From the NCBI GenBank assembly GCA_963823335.1, contig CAWGLD010000001.1, positions 224,001 through 288,000 on the forward strand: a stretch of 64,000 nucleotides of DNA, in the 5' to 3' direction. The DNA comes from an uncultured delta proteobacterium (lineage in GTDB: Bacteria > Desulfobacterota > Desulfobacteria > Desulfobacterales > B30-G6). Shown piece after piece: positions 1 through 10,570 of this stretch. Below the pieces are notes generated by a model that saw only the letters and a list, made by a program, of their open reading frames with translations, was not told the origin of the DNA and did no database searches. Position 1 is the stretch's first letter. The number at the start of each line of letters is the position of its first letter. The position numbers and the translations under genes were made by a program.

Positions 1-836
1 ATTTTTGCGGCCACACCGGGCTGATCCGGTACCTTTTTAAGGGTAATACGCGCCTGGTTCTTATCGCTTGTCACACCGGATACCACGAGCTGTTCCATAC
101 CGGCGTCTTCACTTATCACCATGGTTCCCTCCTCGTCGGAAAAAGATGATCTTACATGAACGGGAATATTGAATTTTTTTGCAAATCCCACGGACCGAAT
201 CTGAAGTACTTTGGCTCCCAGGCTGGCCATGTTCAGCATTTCATCATATGAGATCTCCTTGAGCTTTCGCGCCTTACTGCAGATGTTCGGGTCGGCCGTA
301 TAAATGCCGTCCACGTCGGTATAGATTTCACAGACATCAGCCTTCAGGGCGGCTGCTATGGCCACTGCAGACGTATCAGATCCACCACGCCCGAGTGTGG
401 TGATGTTCCCCCTTGTGTCATGACCCTGAAACCCGGCAATCACAACGATCTCCCTTTTTTTCAGTAGCGCCTTGATGCGTTCCCCACCGATCTCAATGAT
501 ACGTGCATTACCAAATTCACAATCGGTCACCACATCTGCCTGATAACCCATCAGGGATACCGCGGGATAGTTCATGGATCTCAGCATCATGGCAAGCAAC
601 GCCGCCGTTGTCTGCTCTCCGGTAGCCAGAAGCACATCCATCTCCCGTCTGTCAGGGTTTTCGGTAACTTCATTGGCCAGGTTGATCAGTTTATCGGTTA
701 CACCTGCCATGGCGGACAGAATGACCACCACGTTATCCCCCTGGTCATAGGTCTTGATCACCCTTTTGGCAACCTGCTGAATTCTCTCCAAATCAGCCAC
801 GGATGTACCACCGTATTTTTGAACAATAATTCCCAT
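1..836 (-). CDS. lysC: Aspartate kinase (partial; 3' part runs off the window)
   Basis: Manual translation from ATG at 836: MGIIVQKYGGTSVADLERIQQVAKRV...TTLGRGGSDTSAVA...IYTDVDG, the aspartokinase motifs. Absent from the ORF track because it is open-ended. Confidence 0.95.
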   Translation of the reverse strand, partial: MGIIVQKYGGTSVADLERIQQVAKRVIKTYDQGDNVVVILSAMAGVTDKLINLANEVTENPDRREMDVLLATGEQTTAALLAMMLRSMNYPAVSLMGYQADVVTDCEFGNARIIEIGGERIKALLKKREIVVIAGFQGHDTRGNITTLGRGGSDTSAVAIAAALKADVCEIYTDVDGIYTADPNICSKARKLKEISYDEMLNMASLGAKVLQIRSVGFAKKFNIPVHVRSSFSDEEGTMVISEDAGMEQLVVSGVTSDKNQARITLKKVPDQPGVAAK

Positions 837-894
837 AGTAAATCCTTAATAATATCGTGTTACGATTTTATATAACGCGACGTTGTCGTTCAAC

Positions 895-1359
895 TTAGAT
901 TTCAAGCTCTCTTACCAGATCCATCCCCATCTGTCCACAACCTGTTAAGGTGATAATCCGTATGTCATCTTCCTCGATATCGAAACGAATGACCATGTCT
1001 TCCACCAGGTCCCCTTCACATAGCCTTTCGGCCCACTCGACGGCAACGACACCATGGGCGTCCATGGTGTCCAACAATCCCGTGCTTTCGATATCCATGG
1101 CACTGGAAAGCCGATAGAGGTCTGCATGAAACAGGGGTACCCTGCCCGGGTATTCGTTGATAAGTGTGTAGGAAGGGCTGGTAATCACAAACCCTTTTGG
1201 AACAGCGATACCCCTGGCGAGTCCCTGCACGAATACCGTCTTTCCACTCCCGAGATCACCTATCAGAGCAATGATCAAACGGCCTGTCGCTGCCCGACCG
1301 ACAGTCCGGCCCAAGTTGAACGTGTCTTGCGGGGACCGGGATGTCACCTGACGCTGCAT
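895..1359 (-). CDS. tsaE: tRNA threonylcarbamoyladenosine biosynthesis ATPase TsaE
   Basis: GDLGSGKT P-loop, SPSYTLINEY, HADLYRL, VEW motifs. Confidence 0.95.
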   Translation of the reverse strand: MQRQVTSRSPQDTFNLGRTVGRAATGRLIIALIGDLGSGKTVFVQGLARGIAVPKGFVITSPSYTLINEYPGRVPLFHADLYRLSSAMDIESTGLLDTMDAHGVVAVEWAERLCEGDLVEDMVIRFDIEEDDIRIITLTGCGQMGMDLVRELEI

Positions 1360-1393
1360 TTTTTTGATACCTCCTTGTGTTATTGAGAGGATC

Positions 1394-1509
1394 TGGTGTT
1401 TGGTGTTTGGTATTTGGTGTTTGGTGTCTATTGTTTATGGGCCTAACAGCTTGGTCTACCGGTATAGACTTTAAACAGAGACACCCACTAAACACAAAAT
1501 ACAACACAC
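1394..1509. repeat. Heptamer array TGGTGTT x5 with a degenerate inverted copy
   Basis: TGGTGTT tandem at 1394-1427; ACACCCACTAAACACAAAATACAACAC from 1481. Confidence 0.75.
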
Positions 1510-3059
1510 TAGTTTAACAGTTTATTGATCTGATGGGGAAGCTGATTCATGAGGTCTGTGGCCAGGTACCCGAAAGGTCCTTTATGAACAGACAGATGGT
1601 CTGCGGCAGCCCCGTGAAGAAAAACACCCAGATGAACTGCATCCTCCGGTGTATATCCCTGAGCCACAAACCCGGCGATCACACCGGTCAGGACATCACC
1701 CATCCCGCCCGATGCCATTCCGGGGTTTCCCGTAAGGTTGACATACACCCGGCCATCCGGATGGGCCATGACGGTCCTGGCGCCCTTGAGAACGACATGG
1801 ACATGATACGATGTCGCCAGATGACGTGCCCGGCCGATACGGTCTGTCTGGACTGCAGCCGACGAAATCCCGCACAATCTGCCCATTTCCCCGGGATGCG
1901 GCGTCAGAATCACGGGTGTGTTCACAGCGTGGAGTATCTCGGGTTGCTCCGAGAGTATGTTGAGGCCATCGGCATCAATGACCACGGGAATGACGATCTC
2001 CTTCAGGAGTCGAAACAAAAGTTGTTTTGTTTCTTCCGCCGTACCAATACCGGGACCGATAGCGAGACAGCTCTTTCCGATCAGCAGTTCCCGAAGAGCA
2101 CCCATGGCAGATGTGTCCAGCATGTGGTCGGTGGTCTCCGGCAACGCATAGGTCATGACTTCCATTACCTGGGATTCGAGCACCGGGTTCAAACTTCCGG
2201 GAGCCCCCAGGGTAACAAGACCGGCGCCGGCCCGCATGGCAGCCGTTGCCATCATAGCGGCGGCACCCGATTTCCCTGGAGATCCGGCAACCGCAAGCAG
2301 GTGTCCGGTCCGGCCTTTGTGCGTATCGGGATCCCTCTCCTGAAGCACTCCCCTGAGAAACGCTTCTTCCAGAATGAACTGCTGTGGAAGAACATTGTCT
2401 GCAACCTGTCCTGGAATACCGATATCGATGATGTCGAGTTTACCTGTGTAGGCCGCCCCGGGGTAAACAACGTGACCGATCTTGGGAAAGGCAAATGTGG
2501 CCGTCGCCTGCGCCTGTACACAGACACCACAGACCTGTCCAGTGTCGGCATTCAGACCGGAAGGGATGTCCACGGCTAAGACAGGCTTTCTGATGGTATT
2601 CAGGAACAGGATCATTGCTTTGTAATGACCCTTGACATCCGATTTAAGCCCGGTGCCGAGGATGCCATCCACCCACACATCATGCCGACGCATGGCGGCT
2701 TTCTGCTTCTTGAAGGCTCCGGCGTCAGGAACTTCCACCACAGGAATACCCAGGATATCCAGAAGATTCAGATTTGCCCTGGCATCCCCCTGAACACTGC
2801 CTTTTTCACAAAGAAGATAGACCTTCACGGAAATACCCTTTTGGGACAGGTATCGCGCCATAACAAAGCCGTCTCCGCCATTGTTCCCTCTTCCAGCGAC
2901 GACAGCGACGGATTTTCCCTCCAGTGCGGGAAACACCCGGCACATGAATCTGAAGGCACCCGCTCCGGCATTCTCCATCAGAACCCTCCCGGGAATACCG
3001 ATGTTGCCAATGGTCTCCTTATCCATCTGCTGCATTTCCTTGGCGGTGACAAGGTACAT
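1509..3059 (-). CDS. nnr: Bifunctional NAD(P)H-hydrate epimerase/dehydratase
   Basis: LMENAG, GRGNNGGDG (YjeF_N) plus VIDADGL, LTPHPGEM, GGMGDVLTG (carbohydrate kinase-like). Confidence 0.95.
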   Translation of the reverse strand: MYLVTAKEMQQMDKETIGNIGIPGRVLMENAGAGAFRFMCRVFPALEGKSVAVVAGRGNNGGDGFVMARYLSQKGISVKVYLLCEKGSVQGDARANLNLLDILGIPVVEVPDAGAFKKQKAAMRRHDVWVDGILGTGLKSDVKGHYKAMILFLNTIRKPVLAVDIPSGLNADTGQVCGVCVQAQATATFAFPKIGHVVYPGAAYTGKLDIIDIGIPGQVADNVLPQQFILEEAFLRGVLQERDPDTHKGRTGHLLAVAGSPGKSGAAAMMATAAMRAGAGLVTLGAPGSLNPVLESQVMEVMTYALPETTDHMLDTSAMGALRELLIGKSCLAIGPGIGTAEETKQLLFRLLKEIVIPVVIDADGLNILSEQPEILHAVNTPVILTPHPGEMGRLCGISSAAVQTDRIGRARHLATSYHVHVVLKGARTVMAHPDGRVYVNLTGNPGMASGGMGDVLTGVIAGFVAQGYTPEDAVHLGVFLHGAAADHLSVHKGPFGYLATDLMNQLPHQINKLLN

Positions 3060-3132
3060 GGTACCTCCTTCCTATCCCGTTATTTTATACAATACCCAAC
3101 CCGGATAAACCGGAAAAGAAAAAGATCGTTTA

Positions 3133-3212
3133 TCACGAAACCACGAAAGTACGAAACCACGAAAAAGACCATGTAAATTTTCATGTTTTTCAATTTTCGT
3201 GTTTTCGTAATT
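3133..3212. repeat. Octamer CACGAAAC-type array with an inverted TTTCGTG array
   Basis: Four ACGAAA units followed by TTTTCGT units. Confidence 0.75.
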
Positions 3213-3291
3213 TCTTATTTTTTTCCACAAAATACACAAATTTTACAGTTAAGAGACTAGAAGCCATCTCAAATAACGGGGGATATGTTTG

Positions 3292-3741
3292 CTATTGCCG
3301 CTTCAGTGACCCAATCTTCTCCAAGAGTTCACAACTCTTGGATTCCATCCGTATAGCTTCCGTCTCAGACATTTCGTGGTCATATCCAAACAGATGCAGA
3401 ATACCATGAATCAATAGCTCATCCAGACGCTCCTTCATGGAGACCCCTGCTGCCAGGCCTTCTTTCTCGGCTGTTTCCAGGGAGATGACAACATCCCCCA
3501 GCAGGTCCGGATTGATTTCGGCAAACACCCCTTCTCGCATGGGAAACGCGATAACATTGGTAGGTCCTTCCCTTTGAAGATAGTTCTTGTTCAGAACACC
3601 GATTTGTGAATCATCGAGTAGAAGGATGGAAAGTTCGCCATCAGGACTGCCCAAGGCGTCTAAGATGACCTGCGCTTTTTCTTTCAGCGTTTTTTGCGCT
3701 ATTTTGTATTTGTCTTGCCTGTTTTCTATCAGTACTCCCAT
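3292..3741 (-). CDS. ybeY: rRNA maturation endoribonuclease YbeY
   Basis: PTNVIAF, LGDVVIS, HGILHLFGYDH motif. Confidence 0.95.
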   Translation of the reverse strand: MGVLIENRQDKYKIAQKTLKEKAQVILDALGSPDGELSILLLDDSQIGVLNKNYLQREGPTNVIAFPMREGVFAEINPDLLGDVVISLETAEKEGLAAGVSMKERLDELLIHGILHLFGYDHEMSETEAIRMESKSCELLEKIGSLKRQ

Positions 3742-6082
3742 TTTTTCCGTTCCCTCCGGTCAAAAGGGCTGTTTCAGGATATTCGATGCGGTGGTGATGG
3801 ATCCCGGTCAGTATTTTATTGAAGCTACGGGCGATATTGTGCAGATCCCTCAGGGTCAACTCACAATTGTCCAATTGGCCATCTGAGAAAATTTTGTTAA
3901 TCAGTTCCTGTACCAGCCTTCGGACACGTGACGATGTCGGGTTTTCCAGGGTTCGGGATGCCGCCTCCAGTACATCGGCCAACATGACCAATCCAGCTTC
4001 CCTGGTCTGGGGTATGGGACCCGGATACCTGAAATCATCTATCTTAACGGCATGTTCTCCCTTTTGTTTTTTGGCTTTATCATAAAAATACCGAATCAGG
4101 CTGGTACCATGATGCTGCTCGATGGTATCGATGATGGCCTGACCCAGCTTGTTTTCACGACCCATTTCCATACCATCCTTGACATGCGCGATGAGGATCA
4201 GACTTGACATGGATGGGGCCAGCTTGTCATGCCGGTTGATACCATCTTCTTGATTTTCAATAAAATAGAGCGGTTTTTTGATCTTGCCGATATCATGGTA
4301 GTATCCACACGCTTTTGCCAACAAAGGATTTGCTCCGATTTCAGATGCGGCGGCCTCCACCATGGTACCCACCACCATGGAGTGGTGGTAGGTTCCCGGT
4401 ACTTCAATCATGAGACGCTTCAGAATGGGTCGATCAAGATTGGCCAACTCCAGCAAGGTGATATCGGTGGTATATCCAAAGGTCAGTTCGATCAGCGGCG
4501 AAAGACCCGATGTGACAATACCGGTACCCACGCCTCCGGCAAACGCAAAAACAGCACCCCACACAATGTTCATCAAGGACAGGTTTCCAGAATAGATCTC
4601 TGCCGCGACAACAAGCAGCATGCTCAACAGGCCCAGCTTCAAACCGGCCTTGATAAACACCTTCCGTTCCCTGCAATTCTGGATCCAATAGGCTGCCATG
4701 GCGCCATTCAAAAGCAGATAAATCAGAATTTCAAAATGGATATGATAAACAATCGCCGTGCAAATGGCCATGAGGACGGCAAATGGGATAGCGATCTGCA
4801 TTCCGAAAAAAAGACAGATTGTCATGGCTCCGGCACCAATGGGAATTCCGTAAAACAGTGTGGTCTCGTTGATGGACAGAGCCGCTCCCAGTGCCAGTGA
4901 TTCAGAAAAGATCGCCGCGGCTTTCGCAATCCCCATAAAAAAGATAAAGACACAGGTGATGCAGAGAAGGTTCCGGTTATAACTGCCCGGCAGTTTCTTC
5001 AGCTCTGACAGATAGAGAAGATGCGTAACAATAAAAAGTGCGATGATCACCATTGCCGCACCCAGACTCTTTGCAAAAACACCCTCGTCCTTGAACTGAG
5101 ACTCGAGCGCTTTCAGTTTGAGAAGCTGCAACTCCGTGACCCTTTCACCTTCACGCAGCAACATCTCGCCGGTCTTGATCTTGTAAAAAATCGGTTTTAT
5201 CTCTGAGGCGGCCTGCTTTTTCCGATCTTCCGTTTCACTCTTGTTGAGGGTAATGTTGGGGCGTATCAGGCTCTGAACCACATCTACGATCAAATTTCTC
5301 AGATTATAATTTAGCTCCTTGAGAAGCGGCTGCCCGATAACCCGCACCATCACCTTGGATTGATCCAGGCCGTAAAACTGACGCAGGTTGATGACGGTTG
5401 TTTCGGTTTTTTCCTGGATCCGCCTGAGGGTGATCCCTTTTTCAGATTCCCGCAGAAAAATTTCCTTGTTGGCCACAACACCGTTATCAAGAACTTCTGA
5501 CAGAATTTTGATGATATAAAGAGCGATGTCACTTGAAAAGCCCTCTTTTTCGAGTATGGTGAAAGCACCGCTATTCAAAGGTATGCCAAGTTTTTTCTCG
5601 AACTCGGGCTTCTTTTCCCACAATGCTTTTCTGATCTGTTCGGCCTTTTCCGTCTCGCTCCGAAGCTGATCCTCTTCTGTTTGCGGCAGGGATATTCCGG
5701 GAGGGTCCTCTGGAGAAAGAGCATCCGGAACTGCCGGCAGGCTTTCCTGAATCGTCACCTGCATGGTCTCGAAAGCATCGTTGACCTGGCGGGCCAATTC
5801 CTCGGCAAGGGTCATGGCGTGATCGTAAACGGTCCGCACCGATTCCACTGCCGTCTGCATATTACGTTCGGTGGCAGCTCTTTCTTCAAACAAGAAATCC
5901 TTGGGCGCCTTGACATCCTTATCCACAACATCACCCAGCACGTAGGCATGCTGTTTCACGATCAGACTCGGGTAGAGACTCACCGTGACCGTCAGGGTAA
6001 TCACCCCCAGTAACAGCCATTTGAGATATTTTTCCAGACTGTGGTATTTTTCCAGATTTACGTTGCGTTTCTCCTGCTTCAT
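3641..6082 (-). CDS. 7TM-HD (HDIG) membrane phosphohydrolase, PgpH-like
   Basis: N-terminal TM, large extracytoplasmic domain, multi-TM region, PGTYHHS...YHDIGK...HHGT...LAD; phoH-HD-ybeY synteny. Confidence 0.9.
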   Translation of the reverse strand: MKQEKRNVNLEKYHSLEKYLKWLLLGVITLTVTVSLYPSLIVKQHAYVLGDVVDKDVKAPKDFLFEERAATERNMQTAVESVRTVYDHAMTLAEELARQVNDAFETMQVTIQESLPAVPDALSPEDPPGISLPQTEEDQLRSETEKAEQIRKALWEKKPEFEKKLGIPLNSGAFTILEKEGFSSDIALYIIKILSEVLDNGVVANKEIFLRESEKGITLRRIQEKTETTVINLRQFYGLDQSKVMVRVIGQPLLKELNYNLRNLIVDVVQSLIRPNITLNKSETEDRKKQAASEIKPIFYKIKTGEMLLREGERVTELQLLKLKALESQFKDEGVFAKSLGAAMVIIALFIVTHLLYLSELKKLPGSYNRNLLCITCVFIFFMGIAKAAAIFSESLALGAALSINETTLFYGIPIGAGAMTICLFFGMQIAIPFAVLMAICTAIVYHIHFEILIYLLLNGAMAAYWIQNCRERKVFIKAGLKLGLLSMLLVVAAEIYSGNLSLMNIVWGAVFAFAGGVGTGIVTSGLSPLIELTFGYTTDITLLELANLDRPILKRLMIEVPGTYHHSMVVGTMVEAAASEIGANPLLAKACGYYHDIGKIKKPLYFIENQEDGINRHDKLAPSMSSLILIAHVKDGMEMGRENKLGQAIIDTIEQHHGTSLIRYFYDKAKKQKGEHAVKIDDFRYPGPIPQTREAGLVMLADVLEAASRTLENPTSSRVRRLVQELINKIFSDGQLDNCELTLRDLHNIARSFNKILTGIHHHRIEYPETALLTGGNGKNGSTDRKQARQIQNSAKNAERKSAGHLRRLGQS

Positions 6083-7065
6083 GCGGTCCTTTGCTTTTCT
6101 TTTTCCAGTTCTTCATAGGCCATGATAATATCCTGAACCAGCTTATGCCGGACCACATCCGTTTTGCTGAAGAATGCAAATCGAATCCCCTTGATATTGC
6201 CCAGAATATTTTTGGTCTCGATCAATCCGGATGGTTTGTTGGACGGAAGATCGATCTGTGTAATATCGCCGGTGATCACGGCCTTGGAACTGAAACCGAT
6301 ACGCGTCAGAAACATTTTCATCTGTTCAGAGGTGGTGTTCTGGGCCTCGTCCAGAATAACGAACGAATCGTTTAATGTTCTCCCTCTCATGAAGGCTATG
6401 GGTGCGACTTCGATAATGCCCCTTTGCAGAAGACTCGAAACCTTTTCAAACCGCATCATGTCATGCAGCGCATCATACAGCGGTCTTAGATAGGGATCCA
6501 CCTTTTCCGACAGGTCACCCGGGAGAAAGCCAAGCGCCTCCCCTGCTTCCACGGCAGGTCGTGTCAGAATGATCCGGTTGACAATTCCCTTGGACAGAGC
6601 GGAGACGGCCATGGCCATGGCCAGATATGTTTTGCCGGTTCCTGCAGGACCGATACCGAAAACGATATCATTGTTCCGGATGGCATCGATGTATTCTTTT
6701 TGCGCCCGGCTTTTCGGCGTAATGGCACGGTCTTTAGACGTCACATACACCGTATCCAGAAAGATGGACCTTAGATCGGCCGTGTCATCTTCAGTCAACA
6801 CCCTTATGGCATAGTCCACATCGTTCTCATAGATAGGGTAGCCTTCCTTCAGCAACTGATACAACTGATCCAGAATCTTCTTACCCAGGATTGCAACGAT
6901 GGCGTCTCCCTGGATGTGCACGGTATTGCCCCTTGCATGAATCTTGACATCCAGGGCGCTGGCGATTCTCTTTAAATTGTCGTTGTGTTCACCAAAAAGA
7001 TGCCTGACCAGATCCACATCCGGGTAGGTTGCCCTTTCCTGGTGATTTTCATCGTTCTTCTGCAT
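6079..7065 (-). CDS. phoH: PhoH-family ATPase (PhoH/YbeZ)
   Basis: GPAGTGKTYLA, RPAVEAGE, MRGRTL, DEAQN, GDITQIDL. Confidence 0.95.
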   Translation of the reverse strand: MQKNDENHQERATYPDVDLVRHLFGEHNDNLKRIASALDVKIHARGNTVHIQGDAIVAILGKKILDQLYQLLKEGYPIYENDVDYAIRVLTEDDTADLRSIFLDTVYVTSKDRAITPKSRAQKEYIDAIRNNDIVFGIGPAGTGKTYLAMAMAVSALSKGIVNRIILTRPAVEAGEALGFLPGDLSEKVDPYLRPLYDALHDMMRFEKVSSLLQRGIIEVAPIAFMRGRTLNDSFVILDEAQNTTSEQMKMFLTRIGFSSKAVITGDITQIDLPSNKPSGLIETKNILGNIKGIRFAFFSKTDVVRHKLVQDIIMAYEELEKEKQRTA

Positions 7066-7289
7066 AAATGCCCTTGCCCTGTTACCAAAATAAAATCAGC
7101 TTACGATTTTATCAAACGCGACGATGTCGCTATTTTGCGAAAAGTTAAATTCTTTTCTTAACATATACGCTCAGACCAATGCAAATCACAAATTTGCCTG
7201 AGGTCCAAATGAAAAATACCTTGACGAAGGGAGCCTGTCTTTGTTAATTTACTTTTTTAATTATTTATCTAAAAATAAATTCGTGCCGT

Positions 7290-7814
7290 ATGAATTCATT
7301 CGACATTCTTGTCAGTATCATTTTTGGTTTTTGCCTGATCAGGGGTATCTTTCGGGGTCTTGTAAAGGAAGTCTCCTCGATTATCGGCGTAATTGCTGGA
7401 TATTATGCCGCCTACTCATATTACTCCTATGTGGCCAAGTTTTTATCCCAGTGGATTTCCGTTGTCGCCTACAGCAGGATGATCGGATTTCTGGTTATTT
7501 TTGTCGGGGTTTTTCTGATCATCAGCATTCTTGGTGTCATCATTAAATACCTGATGAGTATTGCCTTTCTGGGCTGGGCCGATCGAATCAGCGGCGGTAT
7601 TTTTGGTTTAATCAAGGGACTGCTCATCGTATCCGTGCTGTTTATCGTTTTCACCACCTTTCTTTCAAAAAACGCCTCGATTGTCCAAGATTCCATTCTG
7701 GCACCTCCTCTGTCCCATATATCAACACAAATGGCCAAGATCATGAAAAAAGACATGAAGCACGAATTTACTGAAAAAGTCGAAGGCTTAAAAAAGGCTT
7801 GGAAGAAACCCTGA
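7290..7814 (+). CDS. cvpA: CvpA (colicin V production) family membrane protein
   Basis: GIFRGLVKEV and DRISGGIFG motifs, about four TM helices. Confidence 0.85.
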   Translation: MNSFDILVSIIFGFCLIRGIFRGLVKEVSSIIGVIAGYYAAYSYYSYVAKFLSQWISVVAYSRMIGFLVIFVGVFLIISILGVIIKYLMSIAFLGWADRISGGIFGLIKGLLIVSVLFIVFTTFLSKNASIVQDSILAPPLSHISTQMAKIMKKDMKHEFTEKVEGLKKAWKKP

Positions 7815-8611
7815 ACCATACCTCCCCTCCTTTTAAAGAAATCATCGACCTGATTGAAACCCTCAGGGGTGAAAACGGATGCCCCTGGGACCGGAAGCAG
7901 ACCCCTCTGTCCATGACCCGCTATCTTGTGGAAGAGGCTTTCGAACTCATGGACGCAGTCCACTCGGAGAATGTCGAGGACATCTGTGAAGAACTCGGAG
8001 ACGTTCTTTTTCTGGTGCTCTTCATCGCGATCCAGTTTCAATCCTCGGGTCAATTCAACATAAAAACCCTGACCCAGCGCAATCTGGATAAAATGACCCG
8101 TCGGCACCCGCATGTTTTTGCTGAAGAAACAGCCCATACGCCCGAGAAGGTACGGGAACGCTGGCATGAGATCAAACGCCAGGAAAAATCATCCCAGCAG
8201 GATCACACCGTACTGGGAACCGTACCCAAAAGTCTCCCGGCACTCATGCGGGCCCATAGGATATCGGAAAGGGCAGCCCATACCGGGTTTGACTGGGACA
8301 ACATCGAGGGTGTCATGATAAAAGCGCAAGAGGAATGGGAGGAATTGAAACAGGAGCTGAAAAAGGATCCAGAAGACGCCGGCAACCGCGAAGCGCTGGA
8401 ACTTGAAATCGGGGATGTCCTGTTTACCCTCGTCAATGTAGCAAGATTTGCGGGCATCCATCCTGAAACAGCCCTGGCAGCATCGACCCGAAAATTTGAA
8501 ACCCGATTCAACAGCATGGAGAAACTGGCCAAAAGCCGTCAAACCCTTTTCGAGAAACTCTCTTATAGCGACAAGCACCGCTTGTGGGATGAGGTGAAGA
8601 GGGGGGAGTAA
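7799..8611 (+). CDS. mazG: Nucleoside triphosphate pyrophosphohydrolase MazG
   Basis: GCPWDRKQT, EELGD, RRHPHVF, GFDW, EIGD; exact start uncertain. Confidence 0.93.
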   Translation: MEETLNHTSPPFKEIIDLIETLRGENGCPWDRKQTPLSMTRYLVEEAFELMDAVHSENVEDICEELGDVLFLVLFIAIQFQSSGQFNIKTLTQRNLDKMTRRHPHVFAEETAHTPEKVRERWHEIKRQEKSSQQDHTVLGTVPKSLPALMRAHRISERAAHTGFDWDNIEGVMIKAQEEWEELKQELKKDPEDAGNREALELEIGDVLFTLVNVARFAGIHPETALAASTRKFETRFNSMEKLAKSRQTLFEKLSYSDKHRLWDEVKRGE

Positions 8612-8735
8612 ATGAGGGGTGGAGGAGATCAAGACCAGGGTTGGAGGGGTGGAGGTTCGGAGGGTTGGAGGGGATCAAGACCAGGGTTGGAGGGACATGC
8701 CGAGTCCGTTTTCGGCTATCTGAAATAGTTTTGAT

Positions 8736-8874
8736 AAATTATTACCAAATAAATTTCACGCCCCCGATGGGTTCATTGACAAGGCATTCAGGGGCGCAGC
8801 CGTAGTATACTACTGCAAGTTCCTGATAACGCAGTCAATGAGCCCATCGGGGAGCGCTCGAAGAGTGATAATTT
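8736..8874 (+). repeat. Long hairpin element with AAGGC/AACGCA internal loop (copy E)
   Basis: CCCCGATGGGTTCATTGAC pairs with GTCAATGAGCCCATCGGGG. Confidence 0.7.
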
Positions 8875-8893
8875 TTTTAAAATTATCATGAAA

Positions 8894-10174
8894 TTAGTCG
8901 TCAAAGTCCCCGGCAGGTCCCTTATCACTGTCGATCTCGGCCGCCTTTTGAACGATTTTTTTCGGTGTCCACTCATCCGGGTTCTCGATCCGTTCCGCCT
9001 TGGGGCCGGGATCGTAGGTTCCGACGGACAGTATTTTCTGGATAGCGATATCGGCCGTTTCGGTTGCGTTAAATACCTTCACCAGCATGTTGTATACAAA
9101 ATCTTCCACACGTTTGACCATTCTGTCACGAATCGCCATGGGTTGACCCAGTAACTTGTTTTCAAAAGGCAGATTGAGTTTCTTATAATCCCCGCCTTTC
9201 AAGCCCTTGGATGTTGCGTAGGCCACCATCGCCGCCCACATTTCTTCGGTGGCGCCCTGATCCTTGACCTTGATAAAACTGCCGTCCTCACTCAAAATGG
9301 CATTTCCGAAATCGTTTACCTCCAGCCCCCATGAAATCATCTGCAGGGCCGTAGCGACATTGGCTTTCGTTGTTCGGGTATTGGCGGCGATCTCTCTGAG
9401 GCGGTCTGAACTGTTTCCCGAGGTGCCATGCTGTGCACCCGACACCTTATAGGGTGCCAGGGCATCGTGAATCTGACGCGTCAACTCCACCTGGATGCCC
9501 TGCCCACTGGCTTCGATACCATGTGTCGTGCCGTTGTTCAGCGCTATCCAGTCCGCAAAGATATCGTGTGCATTGAGACCCCTGATGAGAAAACTGGCTT
9601 CTGCAACGGTTGACAACCCTTCCTTGCCCTTGATTTCTCCCACCTCTGTTTCTAGGCCGGCCCAGGCGGGAATGAAGGGATTCAACTGCAGATTGGCCAA
9701 GAGATTCTGGTCATCCGGCATGTGAGAGGCATCGACGGCGATGGAGGTCATGCCCGCTTCAAACAGGGTGGGTATCTCAACCTTGGCCACGTCAATGTCT
9801 GATTCCTTTTTGATACCGTAATGATCGGCATGGATGGCCACCGGAATACGGATGTCCAGTTCGTTGCAGATGGCGTCCACCTGTCTGGCAATATTCCAAT
9901 AGTTGACTGCACAATAGGCATCGGCACCGCCCTCTGAACGGGCTATCTCAATGATAATACATGCATTGGCCCGTTGCGCCGCCTGCAGGGCACCCCGGAT
10001 AACGAAACTGTTTCTGCCATTGGCCGCCATGGCGATTGCCTGTCCTTTTTTGGCCATAGCCCTGTCGATAAATTTTCCACTAACAATCAATGCCCGGGAG
10101 TTCGGGAATAATCGGGTCACGTTGGGAGGGCGACCGATTTGAATTGCCTTTTCGAAATCTGATGAAGAAACCAT
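8894..10174 (-). CDS. fba: Class II fructose-bisphosphate aldolase (long deltaproteobacterial type)
   Basis: HADH, DASH, ETEVG, NGTTHG, QHGTSG, KANVAT motifs. Confidence 0.85.
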   Translation of the reverse strand: MVSSSDFEKAIQIGRPPNVTRLFPNSRALIVSGKFIDRAMAKKGQAIAMAANGRNSFVIRGALQAAQRANACIIIEIARSEGGADAYCAVNYWNIARQVDAICNELDIRIPVAIHADHYGIKKESDIDVAKVEIPTLFEAGMTSIAVDASHMPDDQNLLANLQLNPFIPAWAGLETEVGEIKGKEGLSTVAEASFLIRGLNAHDIFADWIALNNGTTHGIEASGQGIQVELTRQIHDALAPYKVSGAQHGTSGNSSDRLREIAANTRTTKANVATALQMISWGLEVNDFGNAILSEDGSFIKVKDQGATEEMWAAMVAYATSKGLKGGDYKKLNLPFENKLLGQPMAIRDRMVKRVEDFVYNMLVKVFNATETADIAIQKILSVGTYDPGPKAERIENPDEWTPKKIVQKAAEIDSDKGPAGDFDD

Positions 10175-10309
10175 GGATGAACCTCCTTTTTGCCGGTGGC
10201 ATCCCGCACAATGTTGCAGGAGCGAATGTCTTTATTATGATATGTTCTTTTTTAACAAGCGATGGGAACGTCTCAACAAGATAGCTTATAACAGACTTCT
10301 CATTCGTCA

Positions 10310-10390
10310 GTCAACTACCACCCCTAAAACGGGTGGCTTGGATTTCCCCCAAAATGGGGGAAATCCAAAGGAGACGGCATGCCTCCGTAA
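10310..10390 (+). mobile_element. Degenerate IS200/IS605 (IscB/HEARO-type) end remnant
   Basis: GTCAACTACCACCCCTAAAACGGGTGGCTTG, then a 13-bp hairpin and AAGGAGACGGCATGCCTCC. Confidence 0.5.
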
Positions 10391-10570
10391 GTTCAGGTTC
10401 GGAACCGCGTCCCAAGCACGCGGTTTGTAGAACAATCAACCTTTTAACGAACATGTCGACAAGAAAACCCGCTTGTTTTGCAACACAGGTCGGCTGTTTG
10501 TATTGGGTTTACAGGGTGATCATTGTCTGTTAATAAATTGAGATCATTTCCAAAAGAGTTGATTAAAATG

